In this document: in pieces, positions 26,408 through 41,900 of the stretch | How positions within the stretch are numbered: the first letter of the stretch is position 1 | How the letters are laid out: the number at the start of each line of letters is the position of its first letter | DNA from: Paramecium tetraurelia | Taxonomy: Eukaryota | Reading direction: 5' to 3' | NCBI GenBank assembly: GCA_000165425.1 | Contig: CT868529.1 | Location: 1 to 64,000, forward strand | Length of the DNA: 64,000 nucleotides | Position numbers and translations under genes: made by a program | The notes under the pieces: model-generated | Seen by the model: only the letters and a program-made list of their open reading frames with translations | Database searches by the model: none | What the model was told of the DNA's origin: nothing

Positions 26408-27808
26408 ATGGATTAAGCACAAGAAGATAATTCTCAGGGATTTCAAAATGAAAAACAAGAAGAACCCACTCTTGAATAATAAATAGTATAAACTGCAGAA
26501 TATCCAAATTCTCCAATTGAGATAGCCATCACTGATGCTATAACAAAGGATGGTGGATTGGGAATTAAATATACTGTGTATTTGATAAAGGGATTGGATA
26601 ATTAAGGAAGCTTTGAAGTTTTCAGAAGATACAATGACTTTTATGAACTGAGAGTAGCTTTAATAAAAAAGTGGCCTGGATGCTATATTCCTCCAATTCC
26701 TGAAAAATTGTTAGGTAGTGGAAATGACGCTGAGATTGTCCAGATTAGAAAACGTTTGATGGAAATATTTTTAAATGTCCTAACTGAATTGCCATACATC
26801 TATTATTCTGAAGATATTCAATAGTTATTTTTGAGATCTACAAACACAGAAATAAACAAAGTAAACAAATTCTCCTAGATTAGGTATTTTAATAATAAAA
26901 GTAAGTTACATCAGCTGACATCATTGATAGATTCAAGAGAGCATTTCCCAACTTAGATGTTAGGGATTCCTCAAATAGTGAGTATATGCTGTAAATAAGT
27001 ACATTCTAAGGACAATTGAAAAAGTCATAAGTTCATTTGAAATAGTACATAGAGCAATCTTAAGTAGTGGCTCAGACAAGAAAATAAATTTAAAATGAAA
27101 AATGTATCAAAGATTAGTTATTTAAGTGAACTTATTTTTTGGATCATTGCCACTCTATGAAAAGGTGAACTTGACAGAATACGTATATGGTAAAGAGAAC
27201 CTCCTTATATTAAGTAATCCTTAGAACATTGAACCTTTAACTAAATTATTGGATTAACTTGTATGATTTCTATTTATGTCATAGAAAGAAGTCTATAAAA
27301 AATTTAATAGTCTAGACAACATCACAGATTTATTTAGATTCGAGTTAAAGGATGCAGAATCAATTTAGTAGTCATTGACATATAGAGATTAGTTGCTTAT
27401 ATAAAGAGCAAATCAAGAATAGAAAATGAGGGAAGATTAAGCTGAATTGGCCAAAATTGCAGCGGGTAAGCAAACACTTACAACAATTACCAATTCTGTG
27501 TTCAATAAAGCTAAGGATCAATCTTAAGTAAAGGTGGAATAGAAGATATCTGAAGTACTATATAAAGTGAATTTAATTAGGGCCAATAAGAAATTGAGAG
27601 GCTGTCGTAATTGTATAACATTACTACGGCAATCATTGCAACTAAGGAAATACAAAAGTATAGAAAGACCAGAATAAATCACTATCACAAGTTTTTGAGA
27701 CAAGTTCAAAATCAAGAATAATAGGTGTATGAGTGTGAGAATGAATTACTTTAAAAAATAGTCGAGGAATGTGAAAGGTTATCGGAATAATAAAATATTT
27801 AATCGTGA
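26408..27808 (+). CDS. PX-domain protein (sorting nexin, likely PX-BAR)
   Basis: YTVYLIKG..FEVFRRYNDFYELRVALIKKWPGCYIPPIPEK, followed by a helical C-terminal half. Confidence 0.88.
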
Positions 27809-27923
27809 AGAAATTCTATTTATATTTTGTTAATCGTTTTATTAGATTATAATTTAGTAACATAAAAAATAAAACCAATTTATAAAATAATTAATATTAT
27901 TAAGTATTTAAAAGCCTTAGTCC

Positions 27924-29061
27924 ATGAATATCTTTGTTTAAGAGGAATTAGAGAACAGTTAATAGTTGAGCAGTCAATCAATAGTTAAATCGAACTCTTA
28001 CGTATACAATTAGATGGTAAAAATAAATAATGGGTTGAAAACATATGCTTTGTCCTCAATTTTACTTAATTAAAATCATGATCCAGAAAATCTGATGATA
28101 TCAGAATTAACATTTCGATCACTCTCCAACGATGTTGATTCGAAGATACTTCAGGAGTTTTAAATTAGAAGACATATTATTGAGCCTCATCAAATATAGA
28201 TAGTACAGTCATCTCTTTTTAAACCCAACAAATAAGCCTGTTAGATCTGTTTTAATGAACTCAATAACATTGCCATAATTGAATAATGCAATCACCAATT
28301 TTGCCAAAAATGTATTACCTTATATTTATACAATAAAATAATATCTGGCGAAGTGCACAAGATCACATGTCCATAAGTTGGCTGTTCTATTGTTTTGAGT
28401 GATCAGTAGATTAAATAAAATATCAATCAAGATGTTTATCTGAAATATTAGAGGTAGTAATATCATCAAATATTGAAGATTCCTATTAATTAAACAATAT
28501 GAGCATGTTGTGAATGGGAAGTGGTGTCCCAGACCTGATTGTTTTAATTTTGTTTTTCAATAAGGATCAGAAAAACTACTATAATGTGTTTGTGGATAGT
28601 AATTTTGTTTTGATTGCGGGAATCCAAATCATCCAAATAAGACTTGCCAAGAAAGTGTGGATCAAGTATTTGCTTAGGCATTGCAAGATTATAAAATATA
28701 AAAATGTCCAAATTGCAAAGCCAACATACTCAAAAATGGTGGCTGTAATCATATGACCTGTACTAAATGTCATTATGACTTTTGTTGGCTCTGTGGATGC
28801 AGGTATTCATCCATTCATTATGATTGGATGAATCCATGTAATTGTCCTGGAGAATAATATTAAGAAAGAGATCCGTACTCATATCCCAAAATTTTAATAT
28901 TCATTAGAGCAATACTGAAACTTGTAATTTATGTACTACTATCACCAATATTGGTAATTGCAGGAATAGGAATGCTTGCCTACGGACTTGGATACTTGTT
29001 ATCAAAAACTTGTCATCTCTGTAGATGCCTCAAAAGATGTTGCTAGACTTTGTGTAATTGA
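27924..29061 (+). CDS. RBR (RING-IBR-RING) E3 ubiquitin ligase with C-terminal TM and Cys-rich tail
   Basis: [57 protein letters not shown], and a hydrophobic C-terminal segment. Confidence 0.92.
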
Positions 29062-29107
29062 AATTGACTTAATATTAATTGTTAATAATGTGAACATAAT
29101 TGAATAT

Positions 29108-29180
29108 GGCCGTCTGGCTCAATTGGTAGAGCACCAGATTTCGGGTCTGGGGGTTTAGGGTTCAAGTCCCTAGGTGGTCG
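29108..29180 (+). tRNA. tRNA-Arg(UCG)
   Basis: 73-nt cloverleaf: acceptor GGCCGTC/GGTGGTC, D-arm GCTC/GAGC, anticodon stem CCAGA/TCTGG with loop TT-TCG-GG, T-arm TAGGG TTCAAGT CCCTA. T-runs just downstream fit a Pol III terminator. Confidence 0.92.
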
Positions 29181-29522
29181 AAGTTATTTTTGTTTTTTAA
29201 TATTTTTAATGCTTTAAATTAAATTTAAATCAATTCTTTCATTATAACTTAGAAGTATAAGTATTTTAAATAAGACAGTACAGATTGTAAATATTGACTT
29301 TTTATTTTACAGGATTCATCCAACTTAAATGAAAATTGATTCATATAAAATTCATTGTATTCTCAAAAATGAGTTAAAGAAAGATTAGTTAAACCTCCAT
29401 AATTATTATAGATGTACTTATACTCTTATTCAATTTCATATGTTTTTAACTTCGGAATAGACCATAATTGATTAAATAATTATAAGTAAAAGTTAGTTAT
29501 AATTGATAACATAATATTTTAT

Positions 29523-31080
29523 ATGAGTAAAACAAATAACAGTATAAAGGATTTACAACTTAGACTTCTCATTTCTGAATCCGAAAAGTAAGTAGCTCAA
29601 TAAAAGTTAAATGACATCAAACGAAGTGAAAGGGCTAAACCTAGTTAATCCTTGTTTGCTCTATCTAAAGATGAAGCTAAAAGAAAGGACAAAGTAGGGA
29701 AATTGCTAATAGAATTAATGAATTTGATTGCTACTAATAATTCTCTACAGTGCATGCTTTAAATAAACTCATTAGAAAACATGATGAAAATGTTCGATCA
29801 AGGAAAATGCTATAAGCTTCTTAAGAAAATTATCAAGCCCTTTACTTTACTAATTACATATTTACTAAATACGAATATAACAGAGACTATGAGTGTGAAA
29901 AGTGAAAATTAAACTCTTCAACATCTGAGTAATTATAATTCAGTTCAAGCTGGAATTCAAACTCCAATGTCTTAAGTGATAACTATCAATTCTAATAACA
30001 TGCATAACCATAAAACTTCTTTGCCTAGCTCTATCGCTTTCAAGCCTCCAAGTGAAGCCACTACACCTGAGAAAAGTGTGAAGTAGGCTCCCATCTCATA
30101 GCCGCAATAAAAATAAACAATAACACAATCTAAAGGGATAGGGAAAACTCAAAAACCCATATCAAGAAGGACAGCCACCAGTAAGTTGAATACTTGTGGT
30201 GATTGAGCAAAACAAGAAGTGATGATTTCAATATAATTTATTTTCAATTTAGAGAATCTATAATTTTAACTGTCAATGTAATTAAGAAATAGTCGAAATA
30301 GGAAGAGTGTAGATTACTAGGAATCTCAATTAAAAAGATGTTTGGCTACTCAAAAATCGGTGGGACAGATTAAATAAAAGCGAAGCCTTTCAAGAGATTA
30401 TGAAATTCAAAAATCTCATGTTTCCACCAATCATACAAACAAAAAAGCTAGTGAGATAATAAAACTAAAAGATATTCTGAAATAGAAAGATTTTAATAAA
30501 TCTGAATAGGAGAGCAAAGAATTAATTTAGAGTAACCCTTCCCCTTTTAAAATTGAATGTAGAACAAATAATTCTAGGTGTACTAATTGCAACTGTAAGA
30601 ATGAAATAGCAGAGGATGATTTAATGTAAGATGATGAAAATATCAAGATTAAAATAGGAGATACTAGGTCATTTAGACAAAATTCATTAGATAGTTTAAA
30701 AAAATGATAGGTTTCTGAGTCATCGTTCATAATTAGAACTAAGAACAGATAGCCTTTTAAAGAAGGAGAGAGCAAGCATAGATGGTAGGATGAAAGAAAA
30801 TGAACAAGAATTAAACTAGGATATTTTACGCAATAGTAAAAAACATAATTTAAATTATATCATTGAATAATAACAGTAATAAATATCAAATATGAAATCT
30901 TAATTGTCCAGTTAAGAATAAATGTATATAGAAAAGCAGTAAAAGTATGAATAAGACATTTAATAATTGAAAAATCAGATTATGTAATTATCAAATGGAT
31001 TGGAGAAAATGAAGGAGCATTTTACTTACAATCAATTTAAAAAATAGGATAATAGTAATAATATTCATCTAAAAAAATGA
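29523..31080 (+). CDS. Hypothetical coiled-coil protein
   Basis: Long code-6 frame with probable short introns. Start uncertain, no family recognised. Confidence 0.55.
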
Positions 31081-31355
31081 TTATATCTTTAAGTCTAATC
31101 CAATTAAACAAATTTTTCTGTTTCTTACTTTTGTACTAATAATGTTATTCAATTTTAAGGATCAAGTAATTTAAAATTCATAATCTATCTGATTGAACTT
31201 TGGATTACCTTTTTTATAAAATACTGTGTTTAAAAATAATATTGTTTTCAAATAAACTTTAATTAATATCAATAAAAAGTATATTAACATTATGAAATTA
31301 TATATATACCTATTATATTTATTAATATATTGATTTATTTAATATGATATGTAGA

Positions 31356-32849
<1,494 letters not shown>

Positions 32850-34284
32850 TATAACGTGTGATATAAAATAACGAGATTTCAATCGCTCTCGCTAAATAAC
32901 ATTTATCTCACGGAATCATAATCATACGTATCATTCATAATACCCAAATAAACATAGCGTTTATTCTCTTTATATATAGCCAATCACATATATTGGTTGG
33001 ATAAAAAGAAAGACTTGAGAAATCAAGAAAAAATTATAAAATCACATTAATCCCAATCAGCCATTGTCGCTACTGGAATCAAATAATAGCTATCTAATAG
33101 TGGATCAATTTGCCATCCAATTTGATCTCATTCTTGCTTCGTAATTCTGTTAAATATATTCATCATAGATGTTTTCATATTCATTCTAAACCATGTTTCA
33201 TATCATTATTCTGTCCTCTCTACCTCTTTTTTGAATAAATGAGCCAAACCATCAGACGGAGGGTAATTATTAATACAAATCACACGTTAAATTTGACAAT
33301 TTATATTTGTTGAAATCAATTTAAAAACATGATATTTTGTACTTATATAAATTTAATTTAATTCCAATTTATACTAGATTCTAATTGAAAGTGCTGTTCT
33401 GTAAGTCTGACAACATTAATTTGAATAATTTATCTAGAGGAAATCGCTATTTAGATTATATTGAGGAGAAATAAAACATTTCTAACAATTTAAATTTTAT
33501 AGAAATTCATTGCTCATAATAAATTGGATATTTAAATCACTTCCAGTTTTATTAGGGTTTCTTCTTATCCTCTTATATGGCTTTTATATTTAAAATGTTA
33601 AGAAATTACAAAATTACCAATAATACTCTCTACCAAAATTTATTAAGTTTGTACTCATTTCCTTTCCAATCTCATCTAGTTATTATTGTATTTATTAAGA
33701 ATTCTGTAGTTTTTGGTAGAGTATCATATCATATGTGCTCAAGTTTTATCGGCGGAACAATCTGACATTCACTTTTCTGCCATTAAAAATTAATTATATT
33801 AACATCATAACATATATTTTCACTCTAATTATTCTTCTTGGCATCTCCTATATATAATTACTTCGATAAAGTTGTGCTTAAACATTTTCATTAACATTCT
33901 TGTAGCTTTTTAATTCATTTTAATTCACATTAACATATAAATTTTACTATCTAGAATTTTGTATTAAGCTTATTATTTCACCATTAATTTATTAAGAGGA
34001 TAATATATAATAATATTTATTAATTTATTCATCTAATTAATAGAATTTTGCCATTCAAAGACTACTGCTAGATTAAGTCTCATAGTAAATATATATTAAT
34101 TATTTAAATATGGGTAGTGATTAAATATAATTGTGTTGTACAAACAATAGCTATTGGTTTGTAGTTTACATTTATATTTCAATAATCCTCAGTAAGGCCT
34201 GCTAATGTTATGTGATATAAATAAATTTTGATAATTTTGAGCTGTTATAATAGGCGTTATTAAAAATATAATTAATTAATTATT

Positions 34285-36011
34285 ATGTAACCAGATTAGA
34301 TCGAAGAGCAGAAGAAGAAAATTCAGGAGAGTGAGCACAATGCTAGGAAAAAGGAAATTGAGTTGCAGTTTAAGAATGTTTTTGATGAAGCCAAGAAAAT
34401 ATTAAAGAGAGAATATTATGAAAATGAAATGAGTGAGAAGCTAAGAAATTTGTTGGATTGGATTGAAGTAAATAAATGTATCATTCTAGAGTGACATAAA
34501 CAAGTTGTCAGAAAAAAATGATAGAGACTTTGTAAAAAAATATAAATCATTTGTGGAAACTTATAGAAGTGGACTTGTAGAATTTAAGGAAATACTATTG
34601 AATTTAAAAAAGGTTTAATAATAAATTTACAAATTAGATTGAGGAGAACCGCTAAGAAATAAAAAAAGTGAAAATTAATAGTTTCAAGCAAAATCCTTAA
34701 TGTTTAAATACGGAAATTAAGTTTTCAGAGAAAAGACTACAAAGAATGAGAGCAGGAGTTCATCTGATTTAAGTTTTGGAAGAATCTTTAGCAAGAAAGT
34801 ACTAAGAAACTATGAAGAAATCTATTTCCGAATAACCAATCCAACAAGAACCTCAATAACAAATGGATTTAAGTGAAACTGAAATACAAATATTTTAGGA
34901 GTTGGAAAATGGATTCAAAAAAGATAGAATATCATAAACAAATGAGGACTTGGATAAAGGAATAAAAAAATAGAAAGATATTTAGATTTTTGATTAAGTT
35001 GAAAGGGCCTTGGAAGAATAGAAAGAGAGGTATTAAGTGATCTCTAAGGAATTCGATAAAGGATTCTAAAAGCAAAAGGTGAAATGTGAGTCCATTGTGA
35101 AATCATCGTATAAGCCTGTAAAAGGAGATTTAGACTTTACTAATAAATATTAGGATTCATATTTCAAGAATTATTTCAGAGAGAAATTTAAATTGGCTAA
35201 TTATTTTCTTGGTGATTAATTAATTAAATTATTTTTACATGAAAATTAGAAATATGTGAATAAAGTATTGAACAAGAATTCTAATTCTTCCTAACAAAAT
35301 TCTTTTAATGAAAAGAAGATTTATAATAAAGAATTGGACCCTAAAAACTTTATTTAACAAGATGACTTAGAAAGTAATGGCAAGGCATTATAAAAAATAC
35401 TAAAAATAAATGAAGAAATATAAAAAGAACTACTCTAAGATGAACATTAAAGAAATATTGAAGAAATGAATAAAATTGAAATATAAAAGAAGTAAGAACA
35501 CTGGGAAAAAGTGTTGTAATAAGATGATCATAGAAAATCAACCCCAAACTTAATTAAGAAAACATCATAAGTTCAATTAAAGAAATCACAAACTGTTGAA
35601 AAAAAAACCATCAATATTAAACCTGTCATTTCCTCTTTAAAAAAAAGAACCATTTATTATTAAGCTCATCCGAATTTTCCTTTAATAAGTGAAGTCTACA
35701 AATCTCATTAAAATGTTCCTGAAGAAAGATTAAAGAAAGCAGCCATAGGATATGATATTATTCAACAACCCTCCAGGACCTTATATACTCCACCTACTAA
35801 CGTGAATTCACAATTAGAAAACAAAAATAAAGTATTAAAACTAGAAGATGACATCTACCCATAACACCCTAACCTAAGAGTTCCTCGAACAGCAATGCAA
35901 AACTTTAGAGGAACCTTTTTTCCGAATTCTCAGCATGGTTTATCTCGCTAAAATAATTAAGATTATAAATCACTTACAACTTTATGGGGAGAATAATGGA
36001 ACAATTATTGA
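34285..36011 (+). CDS. Hypothetical coiled-coil protein
   Basis: MQPDQIEEQKKK.. frame with short introns. No family recognised. Confidence 0.55.
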
Positions 36012-36118
36012 CAATTTTATGCATATATGTTATTACAAATCTTTAGATTTTTACTCAATAATTTATTATATTTCTATGTTTGTTTATCATAATAATAAAT
36101 CAATAAAACAACAAATTA

Positions 36119-38014
36119 TCATTATTATTTCTATAAATAATTTTTCAACTTAATAATTTCTCTCTGTAACTCTAATCGTTTCCAACTGATATTTCTTCCT
36201 TATTCTTCAATTTGAGTAAACACTTCTAGAACCTTTTCATTTTTCAATCTTTTTACCAGTTCCCATTGTAATGTTTTCCTATTTTCATATATTAATTAGG
36301 CTTATTTTATAAGGATATCTCCCCAACATTCTTTAAATTTGTGATTCTTGATCAGAACATCATAAGGCACATTCCCCAATTTATTAGCTCTCTCTCTTAA
36401 GGACAATCCACTTATATCAATTTAATACTCTTCAAACATAAAATTAATAAAATGAGCATCCTGAACAAATTATTCAATTGTCGTTATTCTTACATCTACC
36501 CTAACACAACTTTGACCACATTTGAGTATTTCAAAGAAATAAGGATAAGGAACATTTTTATTAATCAAATATTCACCAAAAAATCTGATAAAATGCGAAA
36601 ATTTAAGCCTTTCAAATTTCAAAAGATCCGATAAACAATTATAACTTTCTGCAGGTTAAGCTACCTTATTAGGAGCCTCTAAAATCTTTCTTGCATATTT
36701 AGGAACTTTTGGTTTCTAGCGACTTTCTTAATTGCAAATTTCTCGAAAAGAAATGAGCTTTTAACCAATTTAAGAAATCTTCTCTAATTATAAATTTGGG
36801 ATTGAAGAACTGTTTGATTCTTCTTTCAAAATGTTTTCAATTTATGTTATTTATTGCTTGGCAGAAGGCTTTTTGATATGTTTTCTTATTTATCTTTCAT
36901 ATTTACTGAAATTCTAGTCCAATATTTCTAACTAAGCGATAATAATATCCTCTTCACTTAACATTTCATAATTCTAATAACTTGGCAATATAGTGTTATA
37001 ATAAAGAGTCTTCAATTCTGACCAATTCAAATTTTCATCCATTTGTCGGATGCAATATTGAAGCTTTTAATCCTTAATTTCATCCTATTTAGATAATTAT
37101 TTAATAAAAAATAATGGATATCTTAGTTCGACTCCCTTTTGACCGATGAAGCTATTTGAATCTGCATTCGAGAGTATAATCTTTCTGACAATCTCGGGTA
37201 GTCCAACTTTTTATTCATTGATTTAAGTTATTGAAATTATGACTAACTTCTTTATTATATATTATCTTAGTAATTCTATATTATTTGTTTTATTCAATAT
37301 TTCATTTGATAAATGATAGCAACCAAAAGAATTGATTTTTTCTGCAATATTTGTATAAATCTATTTAATTTATTTATTAATATGATCAGTATCGGAAGCA
37401 GTTTATATTATTTTGAAAGTTTCATAAATTTGATTAAAATCGTGTTGGTTTAAATGCTTAGGATTTAAGAATTGATCAACTTGAGGTTGTAGTAATTACA
37501 AGGATAATAATAATAGATATTGATCATTAATAGGCTGTGATTCGTCAATGTCTATTTTTTCTGAGTTTCTAGATTTATAATCGTCGTTTAGAGAGGCTAA
37601 AGTAATCAATTCCGATAGATGCAATAGATTATCATTCAATTTGAAATTTCCATTTTCCAATTTGATGCAACCTAAGATTTGAGGTATAACCCTCTTTTCT
37701 TCTAATAATTGCAAAAGGCCATAAATAACCCTTTATTATAATTGCTCTTAATTGTATTTGTATTGTTGTTAGTTAATTTAGATACTAGACAATAAGTAGA
37801 GCATATTATTCAAAGGATTAATTTTGAAATATGATAGAGTACCTTTATACAATTTCAAAGCCTTATTTTATTTAAAGAAATTGATTAAATCATCCATATC
37901 TACGATGAGATTTTGATTTATTTCTTAAACTCTATTCTTGGATATTGATTTTTGTAAGAGCTTTAGTTTCTTTAAGGTTTCTTTGGAAGGCCTTTTTTTG
38001 GCTTAACTTGGCAT
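36119..38014 (-). CDS. Hypothetical protein
   Basis: Long code-6 frame starting MPSQAKKRPSKETLKK (basic, NLS-like). It contains the supplied ORF 37496-37714. Confidence 0.6.
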
Positions 38015-38925
38015 TTTTCTATTTACAAAAATAATCTTATATCATTATTAATTATTAAGAATCACCTTAATTTAAATCATGGAAAAAAATATTATTGAAT
38101 GTAGAAATAAAAGCATTGATTTAATTTTACCTAATAAATTTTGGATCTTTTCAACATTTGGCAATATAAAGAAAATACGTTTAAACCTGTAAGGCTTAAT
38201 TATCAACTACTTTGAAGGAAATAACAAATTTTTAATAGTTCTTATTTTATGTATTATGAAAATAATAAGATTATTTTTATCGATAAATATCTTGATTATA
38301 TTAATATTTATTTAGATATATTAAGTATGATAAGATTATGGTTTGAAGGAAGAATTGTTTTAAATGAGATTAACCAGCAATAAATTTACAAACTCAAATC
38401 TTGAATTAAGAGAGGACAGAACCAAAATAAACTAAATAAGGACAATTATTTACTATATTTAGGACAATAATTAAAAAAAAAGTAAATCTCTTTGTTATTA
38501 GACATTTAATATAGTGGATATTAAAATTATGAGGGAAAAATAATTTATATTTGAAAAGCAGAGTAAAAGATGAAATATTTGAGAATTTGATATAGATTTT
38601 AGAATTATTTTTAAAATTTATAACATAATCATAGGATTAGTTCTACTTTTGAATAAATACTGAGCTTAAATTCAGTAAATGACAAAATTTATCATCAAAG
38701 AGTGAAAATTTAGCTATTAGAAATGTAAAAGGAATATCAAAAATAAGAACATATTAAGTCTGAATAGAAGTGGATCGAAGGAATTCTAGATTTGAGACAG
38801 TCAAAAATGTAGGAATAAGAGAATGTAATAATAAACATAAGTAATGGTCTTAAAAGTATATTTGAGTTTTAACTATTTTAATTAGAATAAATTCTGAAAT
38901 TATATTCATTTAATTATCATATAGA

Positions 38926-41900
38926 ATGTTTAATGATTTAAGATAGAATAATAGGAATTTTGAAAATTAGAGTGTTGCTAAGACCAGATCGGAGGAATAA
39001 TAGAAATAAAAAATAAAGATAGGTGCAATTTTAAAAAATTATGAGACTCTGAAGGAATGGTCAGATTTAGGATAGGTGAATTATCATCATTATCTATTTA
39101 GTGGCTATTGAAATTATAAGGCGTATTTCAAACATATTAAGGATCCTATATTCCAAAGAAAAAATTATTATGTAAGAGATTAGCATAATGCTTAAGTCCA
39201 ATATGGAACAAAGCAATTCATGAAAATGCTTTAGTCATTTATGATTTGATTCTGCAAATTCTATGCTCAAATACCGAATACGACTTGGTTTAGGATTTGC
39301 CTTTATTTTCTCTTGGCCTATTTCCCTTTTTTGGATTTGCCTCAATCTAATGTAAACCAAAGTTTTTGAACATACTTGAGAAATACTACTATCCATTGTA
39401 AAAGGACCTTTTACCATGCATGGGAGGATTAATAAGTTCAATAATTGTTGGGATGGAAGACACCAATGAGGAGATGATGAAAAAAGTAAGTGATTTTCAA
39501 TAAATTAGGTTATGAGTTCATTGGATTAGGCTGCTGAGAGTGTTGGAATAAAATAATTTTTTGGTTTGTTGTGGGTATCGATAATAAGATCAGGGAGATG
39601 CAGATTGGGTGCTTATAAGTATTTGATGAAGAGATGGTCTAAGCAATAATAGGTAGATATAGAAAATTGCATATTGTAAGAAGATGAGAAAATGCCAAAT
39701 AAAAAAGCCTTGGTGATTAATGCATTATTGGCTTCGCTGGAGGATGAATCCATTCTTGTGAAAAGGGCTGCCTTAGACTTTATGTGTCTATATTGTAAAA
39801 TTTCAGAAAATGTTTTTTAAGAATAAGAGAATTTGATATTAATTGAATAATGCTTATTGTTATTTATTAAATTAGATCATGCAGTAGTAAGGAGAATCAA
39901 TAATTGGTTCTTTGGTGAAGATGAGTTGAATGAAAACATGGAAATAGTCAAGTATATTCAAGTGGGGTTGCGAAGAATTTTAATAGAAGAATAAGGCGAT
40001 CCCTTGAAAATTTTATAAAATTGGTATATGCAACACCCAGAAACTGTCTCCATGACCTTATTTGATATAGGATACGACTTGGCAAGATTTATTTATAAGA
40101 AAACAATCTAATACTAAGAGATATAATCTGACAAACTGGGAGAATTGTAGAAAGCAAGTGAAAGACTTATTGAGAGTATTTCAAGTTAAAGTGAATTAAT
40201 TCTAAAATCAATATACGAACATTTGAAAAAATTTACAATAGCTCAAAAATAAGATCTCATCAAGGAATGTATTTAAATTATTGACTACTGTTTAAATACC
40301 TTGATGAAGTAGTAGTTCTCTGACTTAAGTAAAATTGATGACATTACACTTTTTCAATAGAGAACTTAATGTCTCTAAGAATTCTTTGTTTTAGCACTCA
40401 AGGAAATCATGAATCTAAAGATTGAAAGGTTATTTGAAATTTAAATACCATAATAATTGTTAGCATAGATTTTAGATTGCATTAACAAAATCAGACAAAG
40501 ACTAGAATTACTAGAAAATGAAAAAGATTTATCTTTGGCCTTGGGTAGTAATTATGGCAGAATCTCAAATTTGTAAAAACAACCCAATTACCAACTTATA
40601 GACTAAATGGATATTAGTATCATTTCTCAATATTGTGATTATTACGTAGAAATAACCAAATATTCTATTTAAAATGAATAAGAGGCTTTATTTCCACTTA
40701 CTTCCTAAATTCTACTCAGATCACAACTATTCTTAATGAAACATGCAGATGTACAACATTCAGCAATACCAAATTGGCTATTTTAATTATTTGATTCCTT
40801 AGAATAAGGAACCAATAAAATAAGTCTATGCTCAATAGAAATGATAATTGAATTACTAAAACAAGCATAAATACACTAAAATGTATTTCTGTTAACAGAA
40901 ATGATTACCAGAAGCAGCTATTATGATATTCAACCTTTTGAAAAAATGGAATCTTTATCTATGGATAATACTTAATATGAATACTCAAGTAATTAGAATG
41001 AAAGAAACTATATCAAATAGATGTTTGAAAAATTATGGCTGCTTCTAGACTAGAATTATCATGATTAATTAGCCGTAGAGTTCATACTATATATAGCCGA
41101 AAGGTTCTAACATATTTTTGTAGATGTAATTGAATAAGCGTTAAAGCAGGGAGATTAAAGGAGGTATTAGATATTCTGTAGAATAACAAATGTCTTCTAT
41201 AAGAAACATCCAAAACTCAACACAGGCGTTGGAATTCTATAAATGTTAAATTACTTAGAACATGAAAATCCTTTAATTAGGTATAATACTAAAACTTGGC
41301 TTAGTGAATCTGCACCTTTTTTCTTTAGGATAATTGATCCAATACTTCTAAGATTGGAGAGTATCTTAAAAGATATTTAAAAAAACAAAGATTTTTCTTT
41401 AGAATTGGCTGTAGACACCATTAAGAAGTTATAATAAATTTATGTGTCCAAAGAATGGTTTTAACCGTATATAGAAAAAACTAAACCCACCTTTTCTTAG
41501 GATGAACACTTAAATACATATTATAAATTAATTTGCTAAATCTTAATCTAATTTGTATTAGCCGATTTTAACAACAATGAATTTTCAAAAATCAATGCAA
41601 CAAGTGCAGAACTGTTGGAAAATGTGATAAATTTAACTCTTGATAATAAAAACAAAATTCAAGTATTACTTTTGTATTTTAATTAAATTTTGTAGAAATT
41701 TGAGTAAGTGATTTAAAAAAATGATTAATTGCTTTAATTATAATTACTCAATTTAATAAAAGTATTTTTATTAAATACATATGAATTAGAAAAAGAATTA
41801 TCTTAATAACATAGAAATGAACTAATTGATCTTTATGAATAACCATCATTTTTTAGCAATCTCATTATTGGGTTATAATCATCAAAAGTATTTTTCTTAA

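Noticed and set aside
29132..29152. tRNA-Pro(CGG) or a stop-suppressor reading of the tRNA
   Set aside because: The CCAGA/TCTGG stem fixes the 7-nt loop TTTCGGG, so the anticodon is TCG (Arg).
32881..32895. ATCGCTCTCGCTAA resembling the U2 snRNA 5' end
   Set aside because: The branch-point pairing sequence GTGTAGTA and the rest of U2 are absent.
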